Positions 13,608 to 26,478 of a stretch of DNA of 64,000 nt are shown here, piece by piece. The translations under genes and the position numbers were made by a program. Source of the DNA: Takakia lepidozioides (taxonomy: Eukaryota > Plantae > Bryophyta). The first letter of the stretch is position 1. Each line of letters opens with the position of its first letter. The notes under the pieces are model-generated. The model saw only the letters and a program-made list of their open reading frames with translations, had not been told where the DNA came from and did not search any database. The stretch covers positions 71,610,001 through 71,674,000 of the forward strand of contig CM060732.1 in assembly GCA_030704615.1 (NCBI GenBank), written 5' to 3'.

Positions 13608-14695
13608 ATGTGGAGCAGGCTCCCATTCGAGTTAGTGATGGTAGTGTTGGCCTTTTTGCCATATCGAAGTCCTGTCCGCTTTCAGTCGGTTTGCAAGTTG
13701 TGGAATTCTCTCCCATCGACTGCTAGTTTCCAACAACTCCGTCAGCAACTCCCTCTTCACGAATACTCCTATCTCTTGTCTTTTGGCAGATGCCCACATG
13801 TTTGCATGTTGTATACCCCCACAACTCGATGCTGGCACAAAATCGGCCTCAAACTCCCGAAGGATAATTTAGTATACAGTGTTGCTGCTGCAGATGGAAG
13901 CTGATTTCTTTGCCCAACGGACAAAGCGATGCTGACTTATCATGGTTTGTGTTCAATCCTCTCTTGAACAGTTCTAGACAATTGCCTGCCCTGCCTCTCG
14001 CCAACTCAACACATACCCGGTCTGTGCACAGGGTGCACTTGAATGTGGATAGACGCAGCAACACCTACAAGATCATTGTGATATCAGACTAGTATCCCGC
14101 GGTCGGCAAGATACATTGGAGAACACACATGTATGACTCAGTTTGCGAGTGTTGGACCAAGACTGGAAAGATGTCGGCATGTGAAGGGTGCGGGTGGTGT
14201 GAAGGAAGTGTGATATGTGGCCCTACTCTCTTTGCTCTGTTGTATCAACAGATTGACGGCGACACTTTGATGGCTTATGACATGGGTGCCGATATGTGGA
14301 CTAATAAAGTTGATATACGCATGCCTAACTTTGGTGAAGATGGTGGTATTGCTCGTCCAAGGCTTGTAGAGAGTGAGGGGCGCCTGTTTCTAGTTGGGGG
14401 TACTCGTGCTGATGGACGACTTCTGGTAGCAATATGGGAGTTCAAAGTTTCTACAGCAAAGTGGGTGGAGATTGCAAGACCGGAGTTGGCAACAAAAGCC
14501 CCCATGCTCATTTACAGCCATTTTGAGGTGGTGAGCCATGACAATCTCATATTCATTTGGACCGACAAACCCAGTCCAGTTCTGGTGTATGACATGAAGC
14601 AACACACATGGACATCTGACTTACAAACTGGGACTAAGGAATGCCAGAGTGTTAAGGGTTTTGTTAGTGGTCTTAGTTTAGGTGCAAAAGTCTAG
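13608..14695 (+). pseudogene. F-box / kelch-like protein pseudogene
   Basis: MWSRLPFELVMVVLAFLP..VRFQSVCKLWNSL F-box; FVFNPL, MYDSVCECW, MAYDMGADMW, VYDMKQHTW kelch-like blades. Frameshift at ~13900 and in-frame TAG at 14090. Confidence 0.85.
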
Positions 14696-15079
14696 ACACA
14701 TTTGGCTCACTATGCAAAGGGTTTTGATGCTTAGCACCGATACTTGTGATTAAGCTCCGAGTTAGATCAAGACAGGTGTCACTAGAATATTCTATCCGTA
14801 TCTCTAATGAATAACATCCCATGGATGAACAGTTTCATGATCACAACGAGTTTTGTTTGGCCTTTTAAGTCTGAAGTTCAACTTCTTGTGCATGCCATGA
14901 ATGAAAGTTAATTGGATATTTACTGCGTGCCATCCGGGTGATTCAGGCTCAAATCCTGTTACTATAAATATAATAGACAGTGTGTGATCTTCCAGATTTT
15001 TACTACCTATTCATAATTACTATAGGGCAGGACTTACATGAATTCCATGCATTTGTTTTCAATAATTTGGATCTAGATT

Positions 15080-15165
15080 CTGTAGCTCAGTTGGTTAGTG
15101 CACGAGTGCCACCCATCTGATTCTGGGGTCAAATCCTACTACCTTGACCGGTGTGGTATGTTCCA
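15080..15165 (+). mobile_element. tRNA-derived SINE head (truncated)
   Basis: TAGCTCAGTTGGTTAG A-box and GGGTCAAATCC B-box; tail shared with 11655-11850; no valid cloverleaf. Confidence 0.55.
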
Positions 15166-15249
15166 ATGTTGTGCGAGTAAATCATTTATCCGGATTTACC
15201 TAGTGGATAAATCAGTGTAAGGATAAAGATAAAGATAAAGTTTCTTTAA

Positions 15250-15396
15250 CGTCCCCTGAATTTACAGAGCCTACTGCAACACACAGGCCATTGAGGGCCC
15301 AATGGATGGTCTGAAGGCACATGTTGAAGGATTGAACCCAGGATCACCTCGGTTATGCACAGGCAAGGCGCAAACACCCAACCACTGGGCTACCTG
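15250..15396 (-). mobile_element. Second tRNA-derived SINE family copy
   Basis: Minus strand GGTAGCCCAGTGG (A-box) ... GGGTTCAATCC (B-box). Confidence 0.45.
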
Positions 15397-16088
15397 CTCA
15401 AATGATTTACCAGGGATGGCCCATTTCACTAGGGCTTCGCGTTGCTCCGCACTACTAGCGACAAATTCTGAGAACTACTTTCAATTTTTCACAAAAAAGG
15501 GGTGGCTCATCCCCACTGTGTTACATGCAGAGATCCCGTGTTTTGTTTTTTTCTGGAAGAAAAATGGCGGATCTGCATTTCAATGTTTAATTTTCACAAG
15601 CCACATCAATCAATATCAACATACCCAAATACCCTTACATTCACTATATGAACTTTCAAGCATCCACCGTGGGATTGGATCTTGGTGGGTTAACGCTAGC
15701 TTTTGACAATATTCATGTAAGTTCATCAAGGGCTCCATCCAAAGCCTACACCACGAGAAACAAACAAACATGTCCACATTTAACATGCTGAACAAACTTG
15801 TGCACAGGGCTGCCCCTCTCATCAAGCTCATTAAAATTCGTATTCACTTCCATCTTCAAGCTTTGGAGAAGCTCCACCACCCAAACCCAGAATTAGGACA
15901 GCACTCTGATTTCCATCCACTGTCACCAGAATCAGTCAAAAATCAACCCTTCAGTCAAGTGCAATTGTGGGCTGACTTCCTACCTATGCCGGGTAGACCC
16001 CACTATCAGGAAATGGTGGATGGTCTGAGAAGCTACACAGATCAATGAATGAAGCAAGACACTAGCATCTTTCCAAGAAAACATCCTT

Positions 16089-19000
16089 TCACCAGTAATC
16101 ACCACAAGAACAAGTCCCATCTTCAAAGTGGTGGAAAGTAGTTAGCATCCCATACAACAATTGCTTGGCCAACAATCTTTGAGATGAATTTGGTGGAGGT
16201 GTGGCAGTCTCCACACACTCGAAGATTCTTGATGAGTCGTGCTGATCAGCCCAAAACCAATGGCCAGCTTCTCATTGTGGTGGCTAAGAGAAAATTCCTT
16301 TCCTCCACATCATGCAATAAAAAGCGTGTGTCAGGCATATACCCTGCCTCCTTCATCTGCCCAGACAATCTCCTCAGCTCAGCATGGATTTCCTTAATTC
16401 TGGGATGCAACTTGTCATCTGGCTCCTTTCTAACCCCTCTGACCTTCATCATTCTTCTCACCTTTGCAGTATCATCCCACCTGCCAGCTGCAGCATAGAT
16501 GTTTGATATAACACCACATAAGTCGCGGCATCCTGTTCATCCCACTTGAGGATAAATGTTGCTGCACATTCAGCCATCTCCACATTGCATGGATTCTGCA
16601 GGCACCAAGCAAAGCCTTCCACACCACAACATCTGGATTGATTGGCATTTTATTAATCAGGTCCACTGCCTCATCCAGTTGTCCCGCACGTCCAAGAAGG
16701 TCCACCATGCAGCCAAAGTGCTTTACTGTCAGATTGATACCATGATCTTCACTCAGGGAATCGAAGTAGCGTCTTCCTTCATTCAGTAGGTCAGTGTGGC
16801 TGCAGGCAGAGAGAACACATATAAAGGTGATACTGTCCGGCTTCAAGCCTTTCTTTTGCATTCCTTCAAATAGTCGCAGGACCTCCCTATGACAACCATG
16901 CTGGGCATATCCTGCGATCATCGCATTCCACGACACCACATTTCATTCAGCCATATTGTCAAATACTCCCTTTGCATCCTCATTGCACTCACATTTCGCA
17001 TACAAGTGAACCAGGGCAGTGTCCAGAATGACATTTGGTACAATTCCAGCTTTGACAATGTCACCATGAACCTCTTTGCCATTTTTCAGGGCTGCCAGGC
17101 TTGCACACGCATTGCAAACGCACACAAACGTGATGTGGTCGGGCTTCACCCCTTCCCCCAGGCCTCCATCCCGCACCCCTGCTGTGCATATCCTACAAGC
17201 ATGGCGTTCCATGATACCAAATCTCGTTCAGCCATATTGTTGAACACTCCCTCGACATCCTCAATGCTCCCACATTTGGCATACATGTCTACGAGGGTAT
17301 TGTTCAGAATCACATCAGGTACAATTCCAGCTTTGGCGATGCAACCATGCACCTCTTTGCCCTTTTCCAGGGCTGCCAGGCTTGCACACGCATTGCAAAC
17401 ACAAACAAATCTGATGTGGTTGGGCTTCACCCCTTTGCACAGAATCTGCTCATAGGTCTCAAAAGCATTCCTACCACACCCATGCTTGGTAAATCCTGCC
17501 AACATTATATTCCACATGATGAAGATCGTTGAGGCATTCTGTTGAATTCTTCCGCATCTTTTGCTCATAGGTCCCCAAAGCCTACATCCCACACCCATGC
17601 TGGGCATATCCTATGATCATCACATTCCACGACACCACATCCCGTTCAGCCATGTTGTCAAATACTCTCTTTGCAACCTTCATGCTCCTGCATTTCACAT
17701 ACATGTCAACAAGGCTATTGTTCACAATCAGATTTGGTACAAGTCCAGCTTTCATATGTCAGCATGGACCTCTTTGCCGTTTTCCAGGGCTGCCAGTCTC
17801 GCACAAGCCTTGAGAATGCAAACAAATGTGACCTGATAGGGCATCACCCCTTGCTGTATCAGTTGATCATATGTCTCGAAGGCATTCCTACCACAACCAT
17901 GCTTGGTATATCCTGCCACCATATGTGTTGAACACTAGACAGGCCTCCCTTACACTCCCATATTTGGCATACATGTTAACAAGGGCAGTTTCCCAATTAA
18001 TGTATGGCGAAATTCCAGCTTTGATAATGTCAGCATGGATATCTTTGCCCTTCTCCAAGGCCACCATGCTGGCACCAACATTGAGAACACAAATGAATGT
18101 GGCTTGCACACGCATTACAAATGCACACAAACGTGATGTGGTCGGGCTTCCCCCCTTCCCCCATCATGGACCTCTTTGCCATTTTTCCAGGGCTGCCAGG
18201 CTTGCACAAGCATTGCAAACGCTCACAAACGTGATGTGGTTGCATTTCACCCCTTCCCCCATCATTTGCTCATAGGTCTGATCCAAGGCCTCCATCCCGC
18301 GCCCCTGCTGTGCATACCCTGCAAGCATGGCGTTCCATGACACCAAATCTCGTTCAGCCATATTGTTGAACACTCCCTCCGCATCCTCAATGCGCCCACA
18401 TTTGGCATACATGTCCACGAGGGTATTGTTCAGAATCACATCTGTACAATTCTAGCTTTGGTGATGCAACCATGCACCTCTTTGCCCTTTTCCAGGGCTG
18501 CCAGGCTTGCACACGCACTGCAAACGCACACAAACGTGATGTGGTCGCGCTTCACCCCTTCCCCCATCATTTGCTCATAGGTCTCCAAAGTCCTCCATCC
18601 CACGCCCTGCTGTGCATATACTGCAAGCATCACATTCCATGACAAACTATCTCGTTCAGCCATATTGTTGAACACTCCCTCTGCATCCTCAATGCTCCCA
18701 CATTTGGCATACATGTCCACCAGGGCAGTGTTCAAGATCACACCTGGTACAGTTCCAGCTTTGGCGATGCAACCATGCATCTCTTTGCCCTTTTCCAGGG
18801 CTGCCAGGCTTGCACACGCATTGCAAACGCACACAAACGTGATGTGGTCGAGCTTCACCCCTTCCCCCATCATTTGCTCATAGGTCTCCAAAGCCTCCAT
18901 CCCACGCCCCTGCTGTGCATACCCTGCAAGCATCGACCACATCTTGTTCAGCCATTTGAAAACTCCCTTCGCATCCTTCATGCACCCACATTTGGCATAC

Positions 19001-20300
19001 ATGTCCACCAGGGCAGTGTTCAGGATGACATCTGGTACAAATCCAGCTTTGACGATGTCACCATGGACCTCTTTCCCCTTTTCCAGAGCTCCTAGGCTTG
19101 CACACGCATTGCAAACACAAACAAATGTGTTGCAGTTGGGCTTCACCCCTTCGCACATCAATTGCTCATAGGTCTCCAAAGCCTCCATCCCGCATCCTTG
19201 CTGTGCATATCCTGCAATCATCGCACTCCACGACACCACATCTCATTCAGCCATACTGTCGAACACTCCCTTTGCATCCTCGATGCACTCACATTTGACA
19301 TACATGTCCAGCAGGGCAGTGTTCAGAATGACATCGGGTACAATTCCCCCATCATTTGCTCATAGGTCTACAAAGCCTCCATCGACCCACGCCCCTGCTG
19401 TGCATACCCTGCAAGCATCGCGTTCCACGACACCACATCTTGTTCAGCCATAGTGTTGAAAACTCCCTTCGCATCCTTAATGCACCCACATTTGGCATAC
19501 ATGTCCACCAGGGCAGTGTTCAGGATGACATCTGGTACAAATCCAGCTTTGACGATGTAACCATGGACCTCTTTCCCCTTTTCCAGTGCTCCCAGGTTTG
19601 CACACGCATTGCAAACACAAACATATGTGATGTTGTTGGGCTTCACCCCTTCGCACATCAATTGCTCATAGGTCTCCAAAGCCTCCATCCCACCCCTTGC
19701 AGTGCATATCCTGCAATCATCACACTCCACGACACCACATTTCATTCAGCCATACTGTCGAACACTCCCTTTGCATCCTCGATGCACTCACATTTGACAT
19801 ACATGTCCAGCAAGGCAGTGTTCAGGATGACATCTGGTACAAATCCAGCTTTGACGATGTCACCATGGACCTCTTTGCACCTTTCCAGGGCTGCCAGGCT
19901 TGCACACGCATTGCAGCTCTAACAATGTCGCCATGGACATGATCTTCGCCCTTTTCCAGAGCTGCCAGGCTTGCACATGCATTGCAAAGGCACACAAACG
20001 TGATGTGGTCGGGCTTCACCCCTTCCCACATCATTTGATCATAGGTCTCCAAGGCCTCCATACCACGCCCCTGCTGTGCATACCCTGCAAGCATCGTGTT
20101 CCACGTGATCAAAGATCGTTGAGGCATTCTGTTGAACACTTGGTGAGCATCCATGATGCTCCCGCACTTAACATGCATGTCGACAAGGGTGTTGAGTAGA
20201 AAAATATTTGGCGTGAATTCTGCTGAAATGCCTCCTTGGTTTAAAGTCTGTAGAGCCTCTGTCAGTCTACCTGTCGCACAAAGCATCTTCACATGCCCAG
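16089..20300 (-). pseudogene. PLS-class PPR-E-DYW RNA-editing factor pseudogene with internal duplications
   Basis: Many P-L-S triplets (VSWNAMLAGYAQQG / ITFVCVCNACASLAALEKGKEVH / NTALVDMYAKCG); E domain (HFGCMVDLLGRAG, VWKALLGACRIH); DYW domain [30 protein letters not shown] ending at 16089. Numerous frameshifts and stops. Confidence 0.92.
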
Positions 20301-20555
20301 AAGTGCCAGAAGAGGTATTGTGGATCCTCTCTTAATCCTCTTTCAGAAGTTGTGGTCATGGTTGAGGTGCCTGATTTTATCAACTGTGCCGCTGCAGCTG
20401 CTGCCTTTACTTAACCATCCGCCCATGCAGGTTTCTTGTAGCTATTGATCCACAGAAACATCAGGAAGAATACCAAATCATGGTACTGACAGGAGCCAAG
20501 AGCCCACCTTTGCAGGATGGACAAACTTCTTCAGATCGTACATTAAAAAAAGCCA

Positions 20556-21510
20556 CACCCTTCCCCCATCATTTGCTCATAGGTCTCCAAGGCCTCCATC
20601 CCGCGCCCCTGCTGTGCATATCCTGCAAGCATGGCGTTCCAGGACACCAAATCTCGTTCAGCCATATTGTTGAACACTCCCTCCGCATCCTCAATGCTCC
20701 CACATTTGGCACGCCCAAAGAGTTCAAAAGCCTCCTCATCTTGACCATGCTGAGCTAATAATCCTGCAATTATAGCATTCCATGAGACCACATCTCGCAC
20801 ATGCAGCTTGTCAAAAACTTGGCGTGCACTGAGCACACTGGCACACTTGCAATACATGCTGACAAGGGCAGTCCCCACTTGGACATCTGAATCCAGATTT
20901 GATAATGCCTGCATGGAGCTGCTTTCCATGTTCTAGGGCTATTGGACTGCCACATGCATTTAGAATGCTTACACACATGCTCATGTTTGGTTTCATGCCC
21001 TCTTGTTGCATTTGCCCAAAGAGTTCAATTGCCTCATCATCATGACCATGTTGAGGAAGTCCCGCAATCATTGCATTCCATGAGACCACACTTCGTTTGG
21101 ACATTTTGATGAACACTTGTTGAGCATCCAGCACACTCCCGCATTTGCAATACATGCTGACAAGGGCAGTTCCCACTTTGATGCTCATGAAGGTGATTTC
21201 GTTTGGCTCCATACCTTCTCGTTGCATTTGCTGAAAAAGTTTGAACGCCTCCTCACCATGCCCTTGCTGTGTTAATCCTGCAATCATCGCATTCACCCCT
21301 TCCCCCATCATTTGATCATAGGTCTTCAAAGCCTCCATACCGCGTTCCTGCTGTGCATACCCTCCAAGCATCGTGTTCCATGACACCACATCTCGTTCAG
21401 CCGTAGTGTTGAAAACTCCCTTTGCATCCTTAATGCACCTACATTTGGTATACATGTCCACCAGGGCAGTGTTCAGAATGACAACAGGTACAATTCCAGC
21501 TTTGACAAGA
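20556..21510 (-). pseudogene. Second PLS-PPR fragment (chimeric)
   Basis: ORFs 20543-20929 and 20811-21608 contain VGTALVSMYCKCG and VSWNAMIAG motifs with abrupt motif fusions. Confidence 0.85.
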
Positions 21511-21720
21511 CCTTGTTGGTTGCCAAATGTGTACATGAATGGCTGAGCAAATGACAAGTGAACGCATGTACTACCCCAATAGCCTTCGAACAGGGCAAGG
21601 GCCTCCATGCAGGGTTGATCAAAGCTGGAATGGGAAATAATCGTGGAATGGAGACGGGCCTACGCATTACAGACAGGGAGACAATTTAATTTGTCAAGGA
21701 AGAGGTGCCCACAATCTGAC

Positions 21721-21950
21721 CTGAATGAGATCTTGGAAAGTCATGCCACGCCCTTGGTAATCTTAGCTATTGAGACAACCAAACGCAAATTGGAGTTGAC
21801 CATTTTGTCTTTGCAAAACTGACCTTCCCTAAGCCGTGCTTCAAAAGCATGTTGCTCCATGCTTGTTGCCCGAGCCCATTAAGCTAATGTTGGCTCCTGC
21901 CCAATCTGTTCCATCAAGCTATCCCTCACTTTTTCCATTTTAAAAAAATC
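21721..21950 (-). pseudogene. Isolated exon of a plastid RNA polymerase sigma factor (SIG2-like, regions 1.2-2.2)
   Basis: Manual translation DFFKMEKVRDSLMEQIGQEPTLA*WARATSMEQHAFEARLREGQFCKDKMVNSNLRLVVSIAK/YQGRGMTFQDLIQ, flanked by AG and GT. One stop and a 1-bp deletion. Confidence 0.85.
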
Positions 21951-22411
21951 CTCCACACCCATCATTGGCACCATAGTTTGTTACTTCTAAAACAGTATCT
22001 AAGAGTAGGAGATTGTATCTCTCCTCTTCTGCCTTCCCAAAAGAATGTCTCTCAAGCAAAGTCCACAAATCTGTCTCTCACGCCGAGTCTGATGAGAGGG
22101 CAAAACAGGCTGAAACAGGTCGAAGAAGAAGGAGCCCTCACCACATTGTCCTTGACCTTGTGTCACGACCCATCGAGGATTTAACCGACCATTAACTCCA
22201 TCAACCCAAGAGGACCTCTTGTGTGTGCTGCTTGTGTGTGTAGTCAGGTAATGTCGGATTGGTCTCTGAGAACCACCACGGTGCAGCTGAGCAGGTAGAG
22301 ATTGAAACACGGCGTAAGACCAAGCTGACCCTTGTAAACGCGGTCAAGGACGCGGGGGCATCCCTTCCCCGCGTTGCTTTTCGGGCATTTCGGGCAGGTT
22401 CCAAAGAAATT

Positions 22412-22516
22412 GACGACGACGATGACCTGGCTATGATGACGTGTCTATGATGATCTGGCGACGATGACGTGTTTACGATGATGTGGCGACAAAACGTGGC
22501 GACGATGACGTGGCAC
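22412..22516. repeat. ~14-bp tandem repeat (GACGATGACGTGGC-like, ~7 copies)
   Basis: Visible periodic GATGA(C/T)GTG(G/T) units. Confidence 0.75.
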
Positions 22517-24248
22517 TATGGCACCCTATTCCTGCTCTATGCTAAACTTTTCCGACCTTGAGTTGTCGCTAGAATTTACCCTTACACGTCTTACCCTTCA
22601 GACGGATAAATAATCTGAGATACCGTAAATAACTTCCGTATACCCTTTATCCATGGATTGATATTAATTTTTGGAAGATAAATATCAAATGGGTAAATAA
22701 AAAACTCTTTTTCATCCCTAAGTACAAGGGCATTTGCTCAAAGGTCCCTTGTGGAAGCATCCTCCTATCACCATCTCCAAGGGGGTTCCATCATTGCGCA
22801 CCATATAATGGGGCATACCGGTGTTGGACCGGTATATGTATTTTGACATACCAGAGTGGTCCTGGTACGAAGGATCCATTCCCTTAGGCATACCAAGCTG
22901 GTGAAGGTATGGTGACAAGTATCACCTGGTATCAATGACATCAATAGGACTTGTAAAATGGATAGTATATGAGTATGGTATGGGTATTGAATTTTTTGAT
23001 ATTCACACTGGGGGTATATGAATATTGGTATGGTACTTCTCTGAAGCACCAACCAGATGCAATACATTCGATATGCAGTAGTTGTTCATCACGGCTGTTA
23101 TGCTAGAGGCTTTCTTCAGTTTCTTTCCGTCATTTCAGTCATACCCAGGCTGGCCACCCTGAACTTAGTAAACCATTGCCAGCTTCTTGGTCATTTCATT
23201 ACACCCAGTTTGAAACCCAAAGAACAGAGCCAAACAAGGTTGATACTTGTATTGAGCTCCATCGCCGCTTGCAACCCTCAATAACAGTATCGCGGGCAGT
23301 ATGACAGCGGCGACAACCCTAGGCTGGTCTTGTATCGATGAGCAAAACCTTAACTCAATATCCACCCCAATAGGTTATGCACCTCGGTATAATGTTCTTA
23401 ATGACAACCATCATGTAGGCCATGGTAATGGGCACATACCACGTTGGATGTGGTTATGGGTTCAAACCACGGTCTGGTGTGTCATGAAGGTGTCCACCTT
23501 TCAACCGGAAGGCAATAGCCCTTGTGGTGAAGAGACACCATAATTTACGCTCCCTTCGGGAGGCATATATATATATATATATATTCTTTCATACCAGTGG
23601 GTATGGTTCTTCATACCTTTACTCATACCCTTACTGAATACTCAGGTCTGACCATATATATCAGTATAACACTGGGGCATCCCATTGTCCCTCGTACCAT
23701 ATAAGGGGTTCATCTCTACGAAAAGCTTTGGGTTTGTCTCAAGAGTCACTTTGCTTAGAGTGCACGGCCCACGGGCAGCTTCCAATGTTATCAACTAAAC
23801 CTGGATCTCGGATGCACCAGTTTCGTGGATGAAGCACTCCTACATGGTCTTATTTGGCTTTGTTTGATTGTTATCTTTGGTGTGAAGAAACACGCTCATG
23901 ATCATCCCTCATATTATTCATAAGATATGATACAATCAGCCTCATACTAAACCAAAAAATAGACCAAAAATTGATTACCTTAATTAATTAGTTATATTTT
24001 TTGTCGAGCATACTAATGTAACAAACAAAAAAAACTATATATCCTCCAATATATCCTTTATTTACTTTGCGGGTATAGAAAGGGTACATCATTTATCCTT
24101 ACCAGTGTTGGGCGGACGCATAGGTGAGTTCCGGACATGCACGAGGGTTTGAACGTAATGAGGTATAGGTTTTGATTCTTGATGGATAATCGTGTCACCC
24201 AGTTTATGTCACCTCAGTGTCTATGTGACTTCCTCTTAGTACACTTTA

Positions 24249-24751
24249 GGGCCGGGTTCCATGGGCATTCCCAAGCACCCCCCCATCAGGAAGGAATCGC
24301 CCCTTAAAAACGAGAGGGGGTGGTTCCATGGACACCTTACCATTCACCCCTCTAGAAGTCTTTGGCACCAATTGTTGTGGGCCCATGACATAGTAAATGG
24401 CCCATTAATATAGGTTTTGGATGAAATGTCAAAAATCATTCCCTCTCTTAAAATCTAACTTAGTTTGGATGGAAAGAAATAATTTTGTGTAAGGCTGCGG
24501 GCCCGCTGTAGGAAAAGACAAAGCTTTCAGTTAGGGGCGCCATTAAATCCGGCCGCCCCTTCACAAGGGGCAGTTTTTTTTTGCGCCCCTTAATTGTGAA
24601 GGGACGGATTTTTTGCGCCCCTTAACCTTAGCAAAGGGCAGATCCGTGGGGGGTGCCCCTTAGGGAATATCCTATTTCGTCCAATAGCGCCTCCTTAATC
24701 CTCAGGGCGATTTTGAGGGGGGTGCGCGGAGCTCCCCATGGAACCCGGCTC
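24249..24751. mobile_element. PIF/Harbinger (Tourist-like) MITE
   Basis: TIRs GGGCCGGGTTCCATGGG / CCCATGGAACCCGGCTC; TTA target-site duplication at 24246-24248 and 24752-24754. Confidence 0.88.
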
Positions 24752-24794
24752 TTACTTTGTCAAATTTCGTGATATCCTATCTAGTCTCATGGTT

Positions 24795-25026
24795 ACTGGT
24801 AACAGCCACTAGTACAGTACAGATGATCATTGTGCTTATGTTATGCCATACACAAAAGAAGAAGGGTCCATCTATGGGACGCATCCTTGCTTGTTGATAA
24901 GACCTCTGGGGTAGCATTGAAAACTTGCTGTCCTCGGTTCTAGTCTCGTGCGGACCCTTCTTCTTTTGTGCCTGGCATAACAGAAGCATGATGATCATCT
25001 GTACTGTACTAGTGGCGGTTACCAGT
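24795..25026. repeat. Inverted repeat, ~75-bp arms (24795-24869 / 24952-25026)
   Basis: ACTGGTAACAGCCACTAGTACAGTACAGATGATCAT...AAGAAGGGTCC versus GGACCCTTCTT...ATGATCATCTGTACTGTACTAGTGGCGGTTACCAGT. Confidence 0.88.
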
Positions 25027-26478
25027 GAGCTTTAGGGTAGGGTTTACGAACGTCGACTTCCGTGCGTCGCCGCTGCATAAACATCAAAACAAATAAGACG
25101 ATATAACAAGGAGAGGGACTAAGAGAGATGTACTGGTTAGCAGTTTTGGGAGAAGTGCTATGGGTCAGGACATGGTTCAGCAGGATACTGAATCTCACCG
25201 AGCTGGTCCTTGGGTATCAGGGATCTAAAATTTGCCTGAGAAATTGACAGAATAGTTCGGCATAGCCAGCAACAATCAGTTGCAGGATTGTCTGGGCAAG
25301 CTCTCAAACTTGAGGGCCTGATGATACCCCAACACTAAATCTCCAGTTCCCCGTAGTGCAAATTGGCCATACATGCCCGGAATTGCGGTCACAGGGTACA
25401 ACAAGAGGTGAAAATCGATCACAATAAGAGAGGATGCTTACGATCGAGACTCGTGGTCAGCTTGAAGACACGGCCGAGAGGCGTGGGAGCCATGGCCGCT
25501 TCTTCTCTCACCCCAACGAAACCCTTGCAAAAACAACACACTCATTCAGCGATGGCCATGGCGATGCTCTGAAACCCTCTCCTCCCTTCCTGGATCTTCG
25601 CCAGCCATTTCTCCTGTTTAACAGCCGTCGATGGCCTCAAAGATGGACGTCACAACCCTGATCAATTTTCCACCCAATAGTATAATCGCTTCTGTGGCCC
25701 CGTGACACTATCAAACTGAGCTACCAGCTGCTATCGTTCTGTTTAGAGTTTGTGCAGGGTTTGTGCAGCGAAGTGTAGTCAGGTGTGCTAACTAGGTAGC
25801 TTGAAGTGAATTGCGTGTGGGTTTAGTGGAGGTGGCCTCACCTGTAACAGACATGGGAAACAGTTCATTCTCAGGACTACTGAGGCAGGTTGCTCTCAAG
25901 GACTGTACTCTGGTTGTCAATGTAAGTTGGCCGCAGTTCACACACAAGTATGTGGGCACCATGTTGTTGGGGATATGTCCTTTTTGTGTCCTGCAGTTTA
26001 GGTCCCATTGTCAGTGTGAAAAAGGTCGGAATACTCATTTGGTGGTCACGTACAGATGCGATTTGACCCTTTATCTCTTGCTTGGGAGGGTGGGCAGCTC
26101 CCAGGATGCAAAGAGGAGGTTGACAGCTGCATCAGTCAATCTGTTTCGGCACAATTTATAAGAGATTAGATGCTACATTCTACGAGTGTGATTTATTGGA
26201 CTTGGCACCCCGACTTTTAGGCAAACTCCTACGTGGACGATGTTATCTTGCAAATTACTGAGGTCTGTTTTCTGTGTATCTTTCTCACTCCCTGACATAG
26301 TCTTTCTTGGTCAAACCTATAGATGGATATAGATTTTGAGTGCGTTCACGGTATGTTGGAGAGAGGAGAAGGCACCTTCAGAAAACGTGGAGTACAGGTT
26401 CTTTTCCAAGCGCGGTTCAGAGAGAGACGAAAGAAATCGATATGGTATTCTCTTTCCTTCTATAATCACTGCGAAATC

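Noticed and set aside
15080-15145. Functional tRNA gene
   Set aside because: A/B boxes are present but acceptor and anticodon stems do not form, and the tail is shared with another dispersed copy, so it is treated as a SINE.
25170-25330. LRR-like peptide fragment (LTELVL, LGKLSNLR)
   Set aside because: Too short and degenerate to support.
26323-26478. N-terminal extension of the GH28 ORF from ATG 26323
   Set aside because: The ATG at 26479 gives a signal-peptide-like start; the extension is probably 5' UTR.
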